Part shown: positions 1 to 9,504 of the stretch, piece by piece | Numbering within the stretch: position 1 is the first letter of the stretch | Layout: every line of letters starts with the position of its first letter | From: Haloquadratum walsbyi C23 | Lineage (GTDB): Archaea > Halobacteriota > Halobacteria > Halobacteriales > Haloferacaceae | Reading direction: 5' to 3' | Assembly (NCBI RefSeq): GCF_000237865.1 | Contig: NC_017459.1 | Span: 600,001-632,000, forward strand | DNA length: 32,000 nt | Notes under the pieces: model-generated | The model's input: only the letters and a program-made list of their open reading frames with translations | The model's database searches: none | What the model was told of the DNA's origin: nothing | Translations under genes and position numbers: made by a program

Positions 1-352
1 GGCAGACTCGCCTATGTAAGCAGTTATATTGTCGGACACCGGACAAGAAAAGTAAGACGGGTGTTCCGATCTGTCGGCTTCGATTCGCTCGTCGTTCCAT
101 TCGGAACGACTCGCTCCGTGCGAGGCTGACGGACAGGGATAGCGTTCAAACGCGACAAGAAGCGTGCGTTGCCCCACGGAATCACCCCGTCGAGCAACTA
201 GGAGTGGGACACCCCGAAGAAACGTCCCCAGAAATCGGAGATTTCTGGTTCTGGTGTGCGAACGGATCGCCCCGCGATTCGTCAACGCCTGTGGAGACTG
301 CACTCCCTGTGGATACACCTGTATCTGCAAAGTATGTCGTAGAAGCAGGAAG

Positions 353-405
353 CCCCGCCCTCAGCGAGGCCGTCAGGCCGAGCAGGGCGGGGTAGTTCAC
401 GATGG
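353..405. repeat. GC-rich hairpin element, copy A (stem ccccgccct / agggcgggg, 22-nt loop, conserved 3' flank tagttcacgatgg)
   Basis: Perfect 9-bp inverted repeat at 353-361 and 384-392. The right arm plus flank (384-405) matches 26894-26915 at 20 of 22 positions. The element overlaps the stop codon (397-399) of the MFS gene. Confidence 0.6.
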
Positions 406-1629
406 TGCCATATCGATCCCAGATTCAGACATTCGCCAGACAGAGAATCCCCCTGCGACGCCAAGGCTGCCGGCAAACCAGAGTATTATTACATAACTAC
501 CAGTGATTGCAACAAGTTCACCGGCGATGACAGGCGCGACAAATGACCCCAGCCAACCAGCAACACTCGCAATCGAGACGGCTGTGCCGGCAGCCTTTGG
601 ATCAACAAATTCCTGTGCTGACTGGTACAGTAGTCCAATTTGAAGTTGAATGACTACTCCCGCCAAAATGAGCATCATGACCAATATGGTGACGCTGATT
701 GTGTAAAAAAGAGCAACCGTGACCACGATAGCACCAACAAACGATGCGGCGAAGATAGGTCGTCGACGCTGATTCAATACAACATCCGAGACCCATCCAC
801 CAACTGGTCGGGCAATAATACCAACAGCTGGGAATAAGGCAACAAATGTCCCGCTCTCCGCCAATGAAATATCAAACTGCTGGATAATATATGTAGGCAT
901 CCATGAATTGAATACCATATATAATGAGTATGCAAGGACAGTAACAATAACAATAGACCAGATATTTCGATTAACAAACACCTGTCTGAATTCAGCAAAT
1001 GTAGGTGATTCAGCCGGCGTTTCAAACCGAGTGACATTCCCAACCGCAAAATAAAATACAACTGACGATACCAGAACCGCTGCGCCAAAGAGTGGAAACA
1101 CGCCTGGCCAGCCGACGATTTCGGCAACACGGGGGGCGCTAAATTGCCCGAGCGCGTATCCTGCTGGGTATCCAGAGATAATCACCGATGTTGCCGTTGC
1201 CCGTCGGGTTGGTGGAACAGTACTTGATGCAACATTGATACAAACAACCCATAAGACAAACATTCCAGCACCAGCGAACAGCCGCGAAGCAATGAGTAAC
1301 AGTATGTTTCCTGCGCCGCCGGCAAACCAATCACCCACACTCCCGATAAGAAGTACAACAGCAGCGGCAGGGACAACGCCACGAGTTTGGACACGGTCGA
1401 GGTATAGCCCGACTGGTATGCCAACAACTGTTGCTGTAACCTGTGGCATCGAGACAAGGGCTGCAGCCGTGGCTTCGGTGATATCGAGGTCGTTCATAAC
1501 TACTGTGAGAATACTCGCTGGAGTGATGAGATATGAGCCGACGAATAACAGCACCAGCCACCCAGTTGCGATGGTGACAACACGCCAGAATATTATACTT
1601 GTCTTCTCTGTCGACTCAAAAACCTCCAT
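397..1629 (-). CDS. MFS-family transporter, substrate unknown
   Basis: 410-aa ORF starting at ATG 1629-1627. About 12 hydrophobic helices. MFS loop motif G..LDR...R in GIPVGLYLDRVQTRG. Confidence 0.85.
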   Translation of the reverse strand: MEVFESTEKTSIIFWRVVTIATGWLVLLFVGSYLITPASILTVVMNDLDITEATAAALVSMPQVTATVVGIPVGLYLDRVQTRGVVPAAAVVLLIGSVGDWFAGGAGNILLLIASRLFAGAGMFVLWVVCINVASSTVPPTRRATATSVIISGYPAGYALGQFSAPRVAEIVGWPGVFPLFGAAVLVSSVVFYFAVGNVTRFETPAESPTFAEFRQVFVNRNIWSIVIVTVLAYSLYMVFNSWMPTYIIQQFDISLAESGTFVALFPAVGIIARPVGGWVSDVVLNQRRRPIFAASFVGAIVVTVALFYTISVTILVMMLILAGVVIQLQIGLLYQSAQEFVDPKAAGTAVSIASVAGWLGSFVAPVIAGELVAITGSYVIILWFAGSLGVAGGFSVWRMSESGIDMAPS

Positions 1630-1745
1630 ACTATTGTTGGATTGAGGTCTGAGGAAATTCTATCGATTCGGCGAATATACGGGGCAGTTGATGACTGGGA
1701 ACTGGGAACTGAAGCCACCCCATGACTATTAACAGAAAGTCGCCT

Positions 1746-1797
1746 GCTGGAGCGAGAGTTCGGATATATTATCGACAGTCATCAATCCCGCTCCAGC
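1746..1797. repeat. 9-bp perfect inverted repeat (gctggagcg ... cgctccagc) with a 34-nt spacer, in the pstB/MFS intergenic region
   Basis: Arms at 1746-1754 and 1789-1797 read directly from the sequence. It lies about 180 nt downstream of the pstB stop on the minus strand. Function unknown; it could be a terminator-type or a regulatory hairpin. Confidence 0.4.
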
Positions 1798-1976
1798 ATA
1801 GAACGAATGTCAGTGGTTCTTTGATGTTCAAAGGTGATAAAGAATAATCCAGCCCTAGTCTCAGCCTCAGTCAACCACAAGATCATCCACCTCCACAGTA
1901 TCGGGACGTAACACAATATCTAGCCGTCTTTGCTATTTATGCTACGACACGGATTCAGACTCGAATTCGACACACA

Positions 1977-2900
1977 TTATCCAAACTTTCCTGTGATATA
2001 ATCCTCGACTCGTTCGCTCTGTGGGTTTTCGAAGACCTGATCGGTGTCACCGTACTCAACAAGCTCACCGCCGGTCAGAAACACTGCTGTCTGCTCTGAT
2101 ATCCGTGCAGCTTGTTGCATATTATGAGTAACAATAACAACCGTATACTCTTTGCTGAGTTCGGCAATAAGATCCTCAATCTTCGCGGTTGCAATCGGGT
2201 CCAGCGCCGACGCAGGCTCGTCCATCAGGATCACTTCCGGATCGACTGATAAACACCGAGCAATGCAGAGCCGTTGTTGTTGACCGCCCGAAAGGCCGAG
2301 AGCGTTGTCATCAAGACGGTCGTGAACCTCATCCCACAGCGCGGCGTCCCGAAGACACCGCTCAACCAGTTCCTCGCGTTGTTTTTCGTCACTGCGACCG
2401 AGTAACCTCGCGAGTACGCCGGTGTCAATATCGCCGTGTTTCTCCGGACCATATGCAATGTTTTCACGGATAGATTTCGGAAACGGGTTCGGTGACTGAA
2501 ATACCATTCCAACCCGCTTTCGGAGTTCAACGAGGTTCACACCATCTTGATAGATCTCCTGACTATCAAGCGTAACCGACCCATCAATCCGCGCGCTTGA
2601 CACGCGGTCATTCATCCGATTGAGACATCGAAGGAATGTCGATTTTCCACAACCGGAAGGACCAATAAGTGCGGTTACACTCTTTTCAGGAATTTCCATC
2701 GACACGCCTTCTAGCGCTTGGTCATCGCCGTAGTACACATCAAGATCGTCGACCCCAAGCTTTGTCGGGACGTCAAAAGAGTACTCACGCCACTCTTCGC
2801 GGACGTATTCATCGGTTTCGCCGGTCGTCGTTCCGACCATGCTGTCAGTACTATTGGTATCGTCGGTATCCTCGGTCGTAGTGTATGTAGTTTCACTCAT
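1977..2900 (-). CDS. pstB: Phosphate ABC transporter ATP-binding protein PstB
   Basis: Walker [10 protein letters not shown], signature LSGGQQQRL, Walker [13 protein letters not shown]-loop VTHNMQQA, and a PstB-type C-terminus. I trimmed the track ORF (1977-3179) to ATG at 2900. The upstream 93 codons lie inside pstA in another frame. The start overlaps the pstA stop by 8 nt. Confidence 0.95.
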   Translation of the reverse strand: MSETTYTTTEDTDDTNSTDSMVGTTTGETDEYVREEWREYSFDVPTKLGVDDLDVYYGDDQALEGVSMEIPEKSVTALIGPSGCGKSTFLRCLNRMNDRVSSARIDGSVTLDSQEIYQDGVNLVELRKRVGMVFQSPNPFPKSIRENIAYGPEKHGDIDTGVLARLLGRSDEKQREELVERCLRDAALWDEVHDRLDDNALGLSGGQQQRLCIARCLSVDPEVILMDEPASALDPIATAKIEDLIAELSKEYTVVIVTHNMQQAARISEQTAVFLTGGELVEYGDTDQVFENPQSERVEDYITGKFG

Positions 2901-4500
2901 GTTGGAGCTTCCTCCGGAAGTAGTATCGCGCTCCGATTCCAACTGCGTAGAACGAAAGCACAATAAAGAGCAGGACGAATGCAGTCGCCCACTGGAACTG
3001 CTCGGGTGAACTGACGGTGTCGCCCAGTCCAACCCCTGCAGTAATAAGCGCATATAATTGGAAAGGCAGAGCGGTTGTTGCCTGAAGCAACTCAGGATTC
3101 GCAACGAATGGTGGCGTTGCGGTGAACTGGAACCCACCGATGACATCAGCTGTCTGACCGCCTGGTACGAATGTCCCACCGGTCATCGTTAATAGAATAG
3201 GCGCAGTCTCACCTGCAATCCGACCCACACCAAGGATGACACCGGTCACGACGCCAGGCAATGCTGCCGGCACAACCACACTCCGAATCGTCTGCCATTT
3301 CGAGACTCCTAGCGCCGCGCTTGCGTCGCGGTACTCGTCAGGGACGGCGAGTATCGCCTCACGACTCGTGATCAGCACGAGCGGTAGTAGCATGAATCCG
3401 AGCGTCAGCATCCCCGAGATCAGCGACTTGTTGCCGCCGAACCGTGGCACTAAGAATGCAAACCCGAAGAGTCCGAAAACAATGCTTGGCGTGCTCCATA
3501 ATCCATTTGTGGCTACCTCAACCACTTGAGTAAACCGACCGCGCTCGGCGTATTCGGTCAGGAAAACCGCTGCTCCAACGCCGAGGGGAACCGCAAACAA
3601 GACCGCGCCAATCACAAGCCAGATTGTCCCGACAATCGCAGGCAGCACGCCCTGGAACTCGTTGAACAGTGACGCACCGTTCATGACGAACGGCAGCGAG
3701 ATTGGAAGTGTCACGCCAAATACTGTTGGACCGACCCCAAGACCAACTGTCGCGCCTGTGAATAAGCCTGGAACTCCCTTCAAAGTGGTAAACGCAATGA
3801 GAATAAACAGCACCCCAACAATGGAAGAGGCATTCAAGTAGATTAACAGATATGCTCCCATCCGCCGACCACGCGCGCCAAAGCCTCCGTATGTTTTCGC
3901 CGCAGCCCACCCAGTGAGAAGCGCACAAAACAGAGTCCCAACTGGGATCACAAACTCCGCGGTCAGCGACGCCTGCTGTTCCCAACTTAGCTCCCAGATC
4001 CATGCAGGACCGATTGTACCGGTGAGATATACAATACCTACAAACATGGTCACCGCGCCCGCTGGGAGCGTCGAGCCGATGTCCTCTCGTAGAACGGCTG
4101 TCACCGCGAATGCTGCCCCCCCAATAATAAGCGCGATAGGCAGCCATGTAATTCCGCCGACCCCGATTACCTGCGCCATGATCCCACCCAGGGCGAACCA
4201 TACGAGCGAGAATGTCGCAGACGCAACGAGACCGGCGCTCGAGCTAGGCTGTGTCTCAACAACGCCTACGTATGACCCGATGCCAAAACCAATCACGACA
4301 CCACCGAGTAGAACCAATATTCCACCTAACAGTGTTACGGTCGAGATCCCAGCGACGGGATCGCTGATTGTGATAATCTCGAACAGTGCAGCTAGCGACA
4401 GTACGAACAATATCGCTGACAGTCCGATAGTGACCGCTGCGATTGCGTCCACCCCTGAGGTGTCGCGACCGATGAGCCGAGTTTCTGTCGCACCCGCCAT
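2893..4500 (-). CDS. pstA: Phosphate ABC transporter permease PstA, long form with extra N-terminal membrane domain
   Basis: The C-terminal half carries the BPD-transporter EAA-type loop ([23 protein letters not shown]) typical of PstA. ATG at 4500-4498 overlaps the pstC stop (TGATG); the track start at 4503 is a TTG. Position is between pstC and pstB. Confidence 0.9.
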   Translation of the reverse strand: MAGATETRLIGRDTSGVDAIAAVTIGLSAILFVLSLAALFEIITISDPVAGISTVTLLGGILVLLGGVVIGFGIGSYVGVVETQPSSSAGLVASATFSLVWFALGGIMAQVIGVGGITWLPIALIIGGAAFAVTAVLREDIGSTLPAGAVTMFVGIVYLTGTIGPAWIWELSWEQQASLTAEFVIPVGTLFCALLTGWAAAKTYGGFGARGRRMGAYLLIYLNASSIVGVLFILIAFTTLKGVPGLFTGATVGLGVGPTVFGVTLPISLPFVMNGASLFNEFQGVLPAIVGTIWLVIGAVLFAVPLGVGAAVFLTEYAERGRFTQVVEVATNGLWSTPSIVFGLFGFAFLVPRFGGNKSLISGMLTLGFMLLPLVLITSREAILAVPDEYRDASAALGVSKWQTIRSVVVPAALPGVVTGVILGVGRIAGETAPILLTMTGGTFVPGGQTADVIGGFQFTATPPFVANPELLQATTALPFQLYALITAGVGLGDTVSSPEQFQWATAFVLLFIVLSFYAVGIGARYYFRRKLQHE

Positions 4501-5624
4501 CAACTCTCACCCCCGAGTTTCCGTTGCATCTGCCACTCGATATACTGCGAGCCAATTGAAATGACGATGACAGTAATGAACAGGATTACGCCTGCTGCGA
4601 ACAGCGCGTCCATCTGGAGTCCGTCAGCCTCGCCATAGTTATTCGCAATCAATGAAGTAAGCGTAGCCTGACCATAAAACGCGTTATATAGTGGTTTCGT
4701 TAACTGCGGGACACCCCGGAGCATAACCGTTGCCGCCATTGTCTCACCGATTGCCCGCCCGACTCCAAGCAAAACTGCCGCCGAAACCCCAGAGAAGGCA
4801 GCAGGCAGCGTAATCGAGGTCATCGTCTGCCAGTCGGTTGTCCCCATTGCCAACGACCCACTCTTCATCGACTCAGGGACACTATTGAGGGCATCCTCGG
4901 CGACCGACACAACCGTCGGCAACGCCATCAACCCAACAACGATTCCAACAAACAAGTACGACCCTTGACCGGTGATCTGAAATTGGTCGGCCGCCCATGG
5001 GCTTAGGATGGTGAACCCGATGAACCCATAAACGATCGAGGGAATGCCGGCGAGGATCTCAACGCCTGGCTTGACGAGTTCACGGACGGTTGTCGGCGCA
5101 ATCTCTGAGAGAAAAAGCGCTGCTGAAACGCCAAGAGGTGCGGCTACCACTGTCGCAATCGTTGTCACCATAACTGTGCCGTGGATCATTGGGACCATTG
5201 AGTATCGAATTGGTGGTGACACCGCATCCCACTGAACCTGTGTGAACATCCGGAGCCCTGGCACACTGACACCGAGAACACTCTGGCTTTCGTATTGAAT
5301 CACGGGAACTGACTTCATGAAAATAAATAGCGTGATCAAAAGCAGGATCAAGATGGTTGAAACCGTCATCGAGAGTGTCAGCATCCGCGCAGTTAGTCCC
5401 TGATAGTTCAGCCACCCATAGCTAGCTGCGATGAGAAATATGCCGAAGGGAATAATGGTAAATGGCGATACAAGTAGGAATCCAACAAGCGCTGACACCA
5501 GCGCGATTGTCATAATACCAACTGTCGCAACAGCTAGCGGCTCCTGATCCCCGACAAAACTGGATAATCGTTGCCACCGATGCGTGAGCGCGTTACGCGC
5601 AGCGACAACTTGTGTTCCTATCAT
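4500..5624 (-). CDS. pstC: Phosphate ABC transporter permease PstC
   Basis: 374-aa polytopic ORF with ATG at 5624. Permease loop ESMKSGSLAMGTTDWQTMTSITLPAA. Gene order is pstS-pstC-pstA-pstB. Confidence 0.9.
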   Translation of the reverse strand: MIGTQVVAARNALTHRWQRLSSFVGDQEPLAVATVGIMTIALVSALVGFLLVSPFTIIPFGIFLIAASYGWLNYQGLTARMLTLSMTVSTILILLLITLFIFMKSVPVIQYESQSVLGVSVPGLRMFTQVQWDAVSPPIRYSMVPMIHGTVMVTTIATVVAAPLGVSAALFLSEIAPTTVRELVKPGVEILAGIPSIVYGFIGFTILSPWAADQFQITGQGSYLFVGIVVGLMALPTVVSVAEDALNSVPESMKSGSLAMGTTDWQTMTSITLPAAFSGVSAAVLLGVGRAIGETMAATVMLRGVPQLTKPLYNAFYGQATLTSLIANNYGEADGLQMDALFAAGVILFITVIVISIGSQYIEWQMQRKLGGES

Positions 5625-5682
5625 AGTATGTTACGTATGGTTATGAACAAAAAACGGACGGAATATTATCGACGGACGGTAC

Positions 5683-6855
5683 CTACACCTGATCTGGTAA
5701 CTTCTCAGCCTCAGCTTGGATATCCTTCGTAGGTAGTGGGATGTAATTATTCTGCTCGACGAATACCTGCTGACCGAATGATGTCAAGAACATGTTGAGG
5801 AATGCACCTTCCTGCATATCGGTCCCACCTGGAGTCTCCTCAGTGATCCGCGTGTACATGTGGAGGTCACGATTAAGCGGGTAGGCGCTGTCGAAGATAG
5901 TGTTCTCAGCGTCCTTATCCGGCTTGTAGACCGTACCGTCAAAATCGATTGCGACTGGTGGGACCTGGTCGCTCGTGAACGCTAGCGCCATATATGCGAT
6001 TGCGCCTTCGTTGTTTGCGACCGCTTCGGCAACCTGCTGATTCTGCCCGAATCGCGAGCTAACGCCTGACATCGATGCGTCAGCGGCGCCCAGCATATTC
6101 AGCCGGAATGAGGTGTCAGTACCGGAGCCTTCAGCACGACCGATAACGAAGATCTCTTGATCTGGACCACCGATCTCCGACCAATTAGTAATCTCACCCT
6201 GGTAGATCCCTCGGACTTGCTCGCCGGTTATCTGGGTCACGCCTGCATCGAAGATTTCCTTGCTCACAACGACTGGCTGACCGTCGCGACCGACAACATG
6301 GTCAACGTATTCCTCTGATGCTTTCTCGTCGCTGATCCCGAGTTCAGCGGTGATTGGACCAGAGGAGTTACCAATGTCAACGAGTCCGTCACGGACTGCT
6401 TTACACCCGGTTCCTGAGTGACTCAAACTCACCGTTGTCGGGTATGGCGGGTCGGAACGCGTTTCGGTTGGGTCAAAGCCATATAAACTCGCGAAGTAAT
6501 CTGCGAGGTTCATATCGGTATTGTCGAACTCGCTCCATCCTGGCACAGTGCTCTCGTCGGTGGAGCCCCAGTATTCGCCGTCACTCGGCGGCGCGTTCGC
6601 ATTCCAGTAGGAACTGCCCTTGTTCGAGATTGGATAGACAGTCGATGACCCCTCTGCGTTGAGGAGGCTGATTTCACTACCACCAGAGCTGTCACTACTG
6701 TCAGAGCTGTCGGAACTATCGCCACCGTCGGATTCCTCACTACTGTTGCCCTCACTTGACGAGCAACCGGCGAGACCGGCTGCGCCGATTGCCCCTGAAG
6801 TAAGGAGGAACTTTCGCCGCGATACTTGTGTGTCGCCCGCGTTGGCTTTTGACAT
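5683..6855 (-). CDS. pstS: Phosphate-binding lipoprotein PstS (Tat signal plus lipobox)
   Basis: Twin-arginine signal SRRKFLLTSGAIGAAGLAGCSS followed by an S/D/E-rich linker. PBP-like body with SHSGTG and GRAEGSGT motifs. The first ATG is at 6855; the track start at 6879 is TTG. Confidence 0.9.
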   Translation of the reverse strand: MSKANAGDTQVSRRKFLLTSGAIGAAGLAGCSSSEGNSSEESDGGDSSDSSDSSDSSGGSEISLLNAEGSSTVYPISNKGSSYWNANAPPSDGEYWGSTDESTVPGWSEFDNTDMNLADYFASLYGFDPTETRSDPPYPTTVSLSHSGTGCKAVRDGLVDIGNSSGPITAELGISDEKASEEYVDHVVGRDGQPVVVSKEIFDAGVTQITGEQVRGIYQGEITNWSEIGGPDQEIFVIGRAEGSGTDTSFRLNMLGAADASMSGVSSRFGQNQQVAEAVANNEGAIAYMALAFTSDQVPPVAIDFDGTVYKPDKDAENTIFDSAYPLNRDLHMYTRITEETPGGTDMQEGAFLNMFLTSFGQQVFVEQNNYIPLPTKDIQAEAEKLPDQV

Positions 6856-6888
6856 CGAATAACTGTCTATCAAGTTCAAGTAAAACGA

Positions 6889-6896
6889 TTTATAAT
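6889..6896 (-). promoter_or_regulatory. Candidate TATA box for pstS (minus-strand attataaa)
   Basis: AT-rich octamer 34-41 nt upstream of the pstS ATG, a spacing compatible with a short-leader archaeal promoter. No transcript data. Confidence 0.35.
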
Positions 6897-6936
6897 ACCC
6901 CTACCGAGGACTCAATAGATGTGACGTTTGAAGCTA

Positions 6937-6960
6937 GTGCTATATATTTCATTATAGCAC
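6937..6960. promoter_or_regulatory. Operator-like palindrome gtgctata-N8-tatagcac in the pstS / 6986-gene divergent intergenic region
   Basis: Perfect 8-bp arms at 6937-6944 and 6953-6960. The spacer and arms are TATA-like (tatatattt). Confidence 0.45.
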
Positions 6961-6985
6961 TCCATGCGAGTAATGTTTCCAGGGA

Positions 6986-7972
6986 ATGAAACTTATCAAG
7001 AGTTACCCATTGGAGACGCAGACTGCAAATATGCACACCGAGAAGTCCAGCAGGGTCACCGTTAGCGACGTGGTGACAGCAGTCGACGATCCCGACGCCG
7101 ACGCCGACACTGTCCGCGACGCGCTCAGACCAGTGACTAATGACGGGATGGTCACCCAGGCGGCGATCGAGACCACTGTGTCCGACGTCTCAAAACTTCT
7201 TGCGACAGCAGAGACCCGAATTGAACTCGCCGGAGATGCTTACGACGATATAGCTAGAGTAGCCGAACCTGTTGAGGATATCCCAACGGTGCGGGCGCGT
7301 CTTAACAGATTCAGTGAGCGGTTATCGGCAATCGAATCGCGGATTCCAGAACTCCGTCCTGGGATATCAATCCCAGAGGACGTCGAAAGCCAGCCCGTCG
7401 AAGTCTACAAGTTCGCGGTCCACATCCGAGAGATTATCGTGATTGCACAGGAGGCGATTGAGGCGGCTGAAGATTTCTCGTTCGATGCTGAGCAGTTCGA
7501 GTCGTGGCTGAATCGCCCGGACCGCCGCTACGACGAGTTCGTCGAGGACTTGGAGGTGGTAGTTGACGCAGCCGATGAACTCGCTACCACAGTTGATGAG
7601 CTGGTGGACGAGTCTATGACCATGACCGTGGATCCGGCGGTCCAGTGGGCGGATGCCACGATGCGGACACAGGTGCTCTTACTTTTACTCACCGACCTCC
7701 ATGCAGAACTTGCTGATCTCCGCAGGCTTGCCGACCGCACAGATGCCTATATCCGAACCGGACTCGCCGATCGAATAAACCGGGCGGAGGAGCAGGTCAC
7801 TGATCTCAACTCAGCGCTCGATACGCACGCCACTCCAGCATGGCGTGACCGGTTCGGGGACGACGTCGAGGCGTTTGATGCGACCCTCAAAGGATTCGAC
7901 CCGCCAGTTGACTGGGGCGCTATTGACCGGGCACTTACGGAACATCAACCGAATTGTCCTGATAAGGAGTAA
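6986..7972 (+). CDS. Conserved haloarchaeal acidic, helix-rich protein of unknown function
   Basis: 328-aa ORF with very acidic composition and long predicted helices. It runs divergent to pstS. An alternative ATG lies at 7031 (MHTEKSS...). I found no catalytic motifs. Confidence 0.7.
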   Translation: MKLIKSYPLETQTANMHTEKSSRVTVSDVVTAVDDPDADADTVRDALRPVTNDGMVTQAAIETTVSDVSKLLATAETRIELAGDAYDDIARVAEPVEDIPTVRARLNRFSERLSAIESRIPELRPGISIPEDVESQPVEVYKFAVHIREIIVIAQEAIEAAEDFSFDAEQFESWLNRPDRRYDEFVEDLEVVVDAADELATTVDELVDESMTMTVDPAVQWADATMRTQVLLLLLTDLHAELADLRRLADRTDAYIRTGLADRINRAEEQVTDLNSALDTHATPAWRDRFGDDVEAFDATLKGFDPPVDWGAIDRALTEHQPNCPDKE

Positions 7973-8914
7973 TGTGACCACATGATGCGCTTGGCTTAGC
8001 TATGCTGGCACTCCGTCGAACAGCATGCGCCATCACTCGCGTTTGAATCTCCCCGTGTATAATGTGCACCTCGCTGAAGTCTCATCTGTAAGGTCTGCGA
8101 GTAAAAACGTATCAGATATAAAATGGTAGTTGTATTGCCAACGACTGTTAAGCAACATGTTGTCGTCCTAATCACCAATTCATTCGAGACGGTGAAAACG
8201 GACAAATGATAGACTCTACTCTAGAGACTAGTTGCTAGATCTCTTATCACCCTAATGCGTATCTAGATATGGAAACACATTCATTACAGCGAGTCTGACT
8301 CTCTTGATGCTGGGTCTGTTGCACCAACACTCGACTGAAAGAGCGCTTGTTAGCACCTCAAGAACTTTCTCAAAGAATTATTTGAGGCAGTGAGTTGAAC
8401 AATGACGTTTTCCCGTCAACATACCTGTCAGCTTGGATATTTAATTCGAGCTGAATTATTTGAGCGGACCAGCGCAGTTCGTCGACTCACATCCGCCGGA
8501 CGTCATTGACCGCCTCCTGAACTCGCTTCGAGACGCAGTTCTTGTTGTCCAGCAGGAGTGGGAACGAGCCGATGAACTTGATTCCGCTGTTACGTGCTGT
8601 GAGTAGGTCCGAATTTTGCTGAGTTCTGATCGACACAAGAAGTCTGTGTTCACTCATAAGATTTATTCGCAGGTGTCTTCGCATCATTCATTATCGAGCC
8701 CCGAAGCTTCCAGAGGGGTCGGGTCACAAGCCGTTGCACGAGTAGAGCCATATTTGTCTGGATCTCTCGTAACGTCTAAATACCAACCTTTGGCTGGATA
8801 TTGGTCCTTCTTCACTACGAGGAAACCCTATCCCTCATTAAAGAAAGCAACGGTGAATAAAGAAGGGGCATAGAGTGATATACTACTCAGAGCCTATCCC
8901 TACTGTCTTTTAAT

Positions 8915-9295
8915 CTATCTGAGAATTTCACTTTGGTATCTCTGATAAGAATCTTCCCTGATCGTATCCCAGAAAACGAAACAGCAGAGACTGAGCACTA
9001 TTGGCGCTATCGATGGTGCACTCGCATTACCGTGGATGTTGTAATTCCGTTGGCTTGTTCTAACTATACGAAGGAAGTGATTGGTTGAGGAGAGTTCCTC
9101 GTCCAACGTTTCGGTATTTCCGAGTACCCCTCCCATCTGACGGAGGTAATCAATATCGTACCTAGCAAGATCATCAATCTCCGCCAATGTGTTCTGTACC
9201 TCAGGTTCTGCTTCATACTGACGCCAATATTGAAATCGGTCGTGATAATTGAGGCCACTCTGGGTGGAATTATCTGGAGACCATACGAGATCCAC
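8915..9295 (-). CDS. Hypothetical protein or possible gene remnant
   Basis: 126-aa ORF whose only 5' start is GTG; the first ATG is at codon 54. The N-terminal half is acidic and protein-like, while the C-terminal half is Cys/hydrophobic-rich. It sits in a coding-poor region next to the tRNA. Confidence 0.25.
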   Translation of the reverse strand: MDLVWSPDNSTQSGLNYHDRFQYWRQYEAEPEVQNTLAEIDDLARYDIDYLRQMGGVLGNTETLDEELSSTNHFLRIVRTSQRNYNIHGNASAPSIAPIVLSLCCFVFWDTIREDSYQRYQSEILR

Positions 9296-9504
9296 AGAAG
9301 ACCCTCCTCAATTACCGTCTTGATTTAGGTCACATCTCCTCTTCGTCAGTCCATCGAGAATAGCCAAGGAACTGGGACCAAAGAGCCATTGCAGAACACC
9401 GGACGTGACAGGATGCGCCCAGTCACCGGTTGAAATTGCGCGAAAGAAACCAAAATCGCATGACGGTGTCGGCACTCTCAAATCTCATTCGACCGATAAC
9501 AGGA

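Noticed and set aside
1-400. Possibility that the GC-rich patch encodes SRP (7S) RNA or RNase P RNA
   Set aside because: gtcaggccgagcagg superficially recalls the SRP helix-8 motif. However, the GGAA-type tetraloop context (..GUCAGGUCCGGAAGGAAGCAGC..) is absent. No RNase P CR-I motif (GGAAAGUCC-like) is present on either strand.
164-496. Four overlapping ORFs (164-496 +, 182-400 -, 204-395 +, 282-476 -) that could be taken as small genes
   Set aside because: They overlap each other in different frames and strands within a GC-rich patch. Their composition is R/P/S/G/C-rich and not acidic like every confident protein in the window. They also span the hairpin repeat. I treat them as non-coding.
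2901-3179. N-terminal 93 codons of the track ORF 1977-3179 (a longer pstB)
   Set aside because: This segment lies entirely inside pstA in another frame and has a non-protein-like sequence (S/L/C/R-rich). A proper ATG at 2900 gives a canonical PstB coupled to the pstA stop. Similar TTG/GTG-initiated extensions were trimmed at pstA (4503), pstS (6879), ggt (24254), the aglD-like gene (26559), SPFH (29562) and the PRTase (10520).
3518-4564. Long alternative-frame and antisense ORFs inside pstA/pstC (3518-4201 -, 227 aa; 3914-4564 +, 216 aa; 4256-4555 -)
   Set aside because: They are shadow ORFs of a confidently identified permease gene. Their translations are R/S/C/W-rich or low-complexity with no TM pattern or motif.
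6690-6740. Short tandem nucleotide repeats in pstS (gtc-act-/gct-gtc- units)
   Set aside because: These are the coding image of the SDSSDSSDSS low-complexity linker after the lipobox. Such linkers are typical of haloarchaeal lipoproteins. It is not an independent DNA-level feature.
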